From: Minisyncoccota bacterium
GTDB taxonomy: Bacteria; Patescibacteriota; Minisyncoccia; Phycocordibacterales; UBA918
Reading direction: 5' to 3'
Length of the DNA: 64,000 nt
Assembly: GCA_022841645.1 (NCBI GenBank)
Contig: JALHRC010000002.1
Location: 36,846-100,845, forward strand
The notes below the pieces were generated by a model. It was not told the DNA's origin, did no database searches, and saw only the letters and a program-made list of their open reading frames with translations. The translations under genes were made by a program, and so were the position numbers. This document shows, piece after piece, positions 62,232 to 64,000 of this stretch (position 1 is its first letter; every line of letters starts with the position of its first letter).

Positions 62232-63247
62232 TTCCTGCCCCGGCACTACCAAACTATACTCCGACCGGCGCCCGCACCTCGCCGCTCCGGCGTTTTCTAT
62301 GGCGTAGTCTGTTTATTCTGCTCTTTCTTGGTATCGTGGGGGGTGCGCTTGGCGCCACCTTCTATCACCTCGCAGCGCCCCCAGATACCTTTCCCACGCA
62401 AACCGAACTCATCATTGAGGAGGGTCTCTCCACGACGAAGATCACCGAAAATCTTTATGAGGCTGGTTATATTCGTTCACCGTTTGTCCTCTATCTGATT
62501 TTGAGTTTTTTTCACGATCCACGAGACGTGAAGGCCAGTACCTATATTTTTAGCCAACCACTGTCGGCCTTTGCGCTGGCTGAGCGGCTTATGCTGGGGG
62601 ATTACGGTAACGACCTGGTACGTTTTGTCCACTACGAAGGTGAATCACGCATGAAGCTTGCTGCACGTGCCAGTGCAGTACTCCGCGGTTTTGATGAAGA
62701 GACGTTTCTGCGCCTTACTGAAGGACAGGAAGGAAAGCTGTTTCCTGATACCTACCTCTTGCCTAAAGTCTACTCGGCTGAAGCCTTAGCAGAGCTCCTG
62801 CGCGAAACCTACGAAGTGCGCATTTCACCACTACGCCCGGCTATTATCGACAGCCAACTTAATGAAGACGAGGTGGTTATTCTGGCTTCAATCTTGGAGC
62901 GCGAAGCCAATTCGGCCGAGACCAAGCGAATGGTAGCGGGGATTTTACTAAAGCGACTTGAAATCGGGATGCCCCTTCAGGTTGACGCCTCAATCGAGTA
63001 CGTGCTCGATAAACCACTAAATGAACTGACGGCCGCCGACCTCGATCGTGAGTCCCCTTACAACACGTACTTAAACGACGGACTACCGCCAACTCCGATC
63101 GGCAACCCCGGGCTCACCGCCATCCAAGCCGTACTCGAACCGACTCCTTCGCCGTACATTTTTTATCTCACCGGGAACGATGGTAATTTTTACTACGCTA
63201 CCACCAATCGTGAGCACGAGCGCAACATTGCCCTCTACTTGCGCTAG
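62228..63247 (+). CDS. mltG: Endolytic transglycosylase MltG
   Basis: EGKLFPDTY, LASILERE, LQVDAS, SPYNTY and GLPPTPIGNPG motifs. Confidence 0.95.
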   Translation: MIPAPALPNYTPTGARTSPLRRFLWRSLFILLFLGIVGGALGATFYHLAAPPDTFPTQTELIIEEGLSTTKITENLYEAGYIRSPFVLYLILSFFHDPRDVKASTYIFSQPLSAFALAERLMLGDYGNDLVRFVHYEGESRMKLAARASAVLRGFDEETFLRLTEGQEGKLFPDTYLLPKVYSAEALAELLRETYEVRISPLRPAIIDSQLNEDEVVILASILEREANSAETKRMVAGILLKRLEIGMPLQVDASIEYVLDKPLNELTAADLDRESPYNTYLNDGLPPTPIGNPGLTAIQAVLEPTPSPYIFYLTGNDGNFYYATTNREHERNIALYLR

Positions 63248-63296
63248 CTACTACTTTATTGCACAGCCTAGCAAAGCCTGGTAGGCTCATTTCACT

Positions 63297-64000
63297 ATGC
63301 GTATCTTTGTCGGACTATCAGGCGGTGTTGATTCGGCGGTGGCGGCCGCACGCCTTATCGAGGCCAGGCATGAGGTCGTGGGTGTGTTTATTAAGGTCTG
63401 GCATCCGGACTGGTTGGTGTGTAACTGGGAAGCCGAACGCCTCGATGCCATGCGAGTCGCTGCGTACCTACAGATACCGTTTTTGACCTGTAACGCCGAG
63501 GCTGCCTACCGTGACGAGGTGGCCAAATACTTCATCAGCGAATACGAAGCGGGGCGCACCCCCAATCCCGACGTGATGTGTAACCAGCACGTAAAATTTG
63601 GTGCCTTTCTTGATTTCGCCCGCGAACATGGCGCCAAAGCAATCGCCACCGGACACTACGCAAGGCGAGAGGACCAGGGCGGGGAAGTGGCGCTATTGCG
63701 CGGGGTTGACCCGAGCAAGGATCAAAGCTATTTCCTCTGGTCACTTAGTAAAGCGCAGCTTTCACAAGCACTTTTCCCGGTAGGCGATACGACCAAGACA
63801 GAGCTACGTAAGGAAGCTGCTCGCCGCGGCCTCCCCGTTGCCGAAAAACGGGATAGCCAAGGCATTTGCTTTCTTGGACACGTCGACATCAAAGATTTTC
63901 TTAGTCACTACATCACACTCACACCTGGAGACGTTCTGAATGAAGAGGGGAGTGTCATCGGCGTGCATGATGGTGCTGTCATCTACACCCTCGGCCAGCG
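63297..64000 (+). CDS. mnmA: tRNA 2-thiouridine(34) synthase, 5' part (runs off the window end)
   Basis: Translated by hand from ATG 63297: MRIFVGLSGGVDS..., GRTPNPDVMCN, ATGHYAR, KDQSYFL, DSQGICF. Confidence 0.95.
   Translation, partial: MRIFVGLSGGVDSAVAAARLIEARHEVVGVFIKVWHPDWLVCNWEAERLDAMRVAAYLQIPFLTCNAEAAYRDEVAKYFISEYEAGRTPNPDVMCNQHVKFGAFLDFAREHGAKAIATGHYARREDQGGEVALLRGVDPSKDQSYFLWSLSKAQLSQALFPVGDTTKTELRKEAARRGLPVAEKRDSQGICFLGHVDIKDFLSHYITLTPGDVLNEEGSVIGVHDGAVIYTLGQ

Overview
This 64-kb window reads as bacterial chromosome in genetic code 11. Gene content, truncated housekeeping proteins and near-leaderless genes suggest Patescibacteria/CPR (Parcubacteria-like); that assignment is inference. 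From left to right it holds a giant surface protein with two DUF916/PapD-like partner genes (WxL-like locus), DsbA, TlpA, an AI-2E transporter, CapA, an FKBP PPIase, tgt, uvrB/uvrA/uvrC, an orphan histidine kinase and ddl. Next come two divergent tRNA-Ala genes, a CsoR-regulated metal islet and a complete F1Fo ATP synthase operon (atpBEFHAGDC) interrupted by five foreign genes. The right part carries a ClpP-like gene, a HAD enzyme, an RND pump, a flavodoxin-fold oxidoreductase, two lipoproteins, sppA, ychF, a 1.67-kaa modular secreted protein, leuS, a sigma-region-4 HTH protein, mltG and a partial mnmA. The most striking observation lies between atpG and atpD. Three AT-rich small membrane-protein ORFs are each followed, exactly 6 nt after the stop codon, by a 45-bp double-hairpin direct repeat with a compensatory base change. 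The organisation is integron-like, but the repeat is not a canonical attC and no recombinase is present in the window. Other candidates are tRNA-linked fold-back elements, three loopless palindromes sharing a CATATATG centre, and a MITE-like insertion in the atp operon. All product calls come from motif recognition by eye; no database searches were run.
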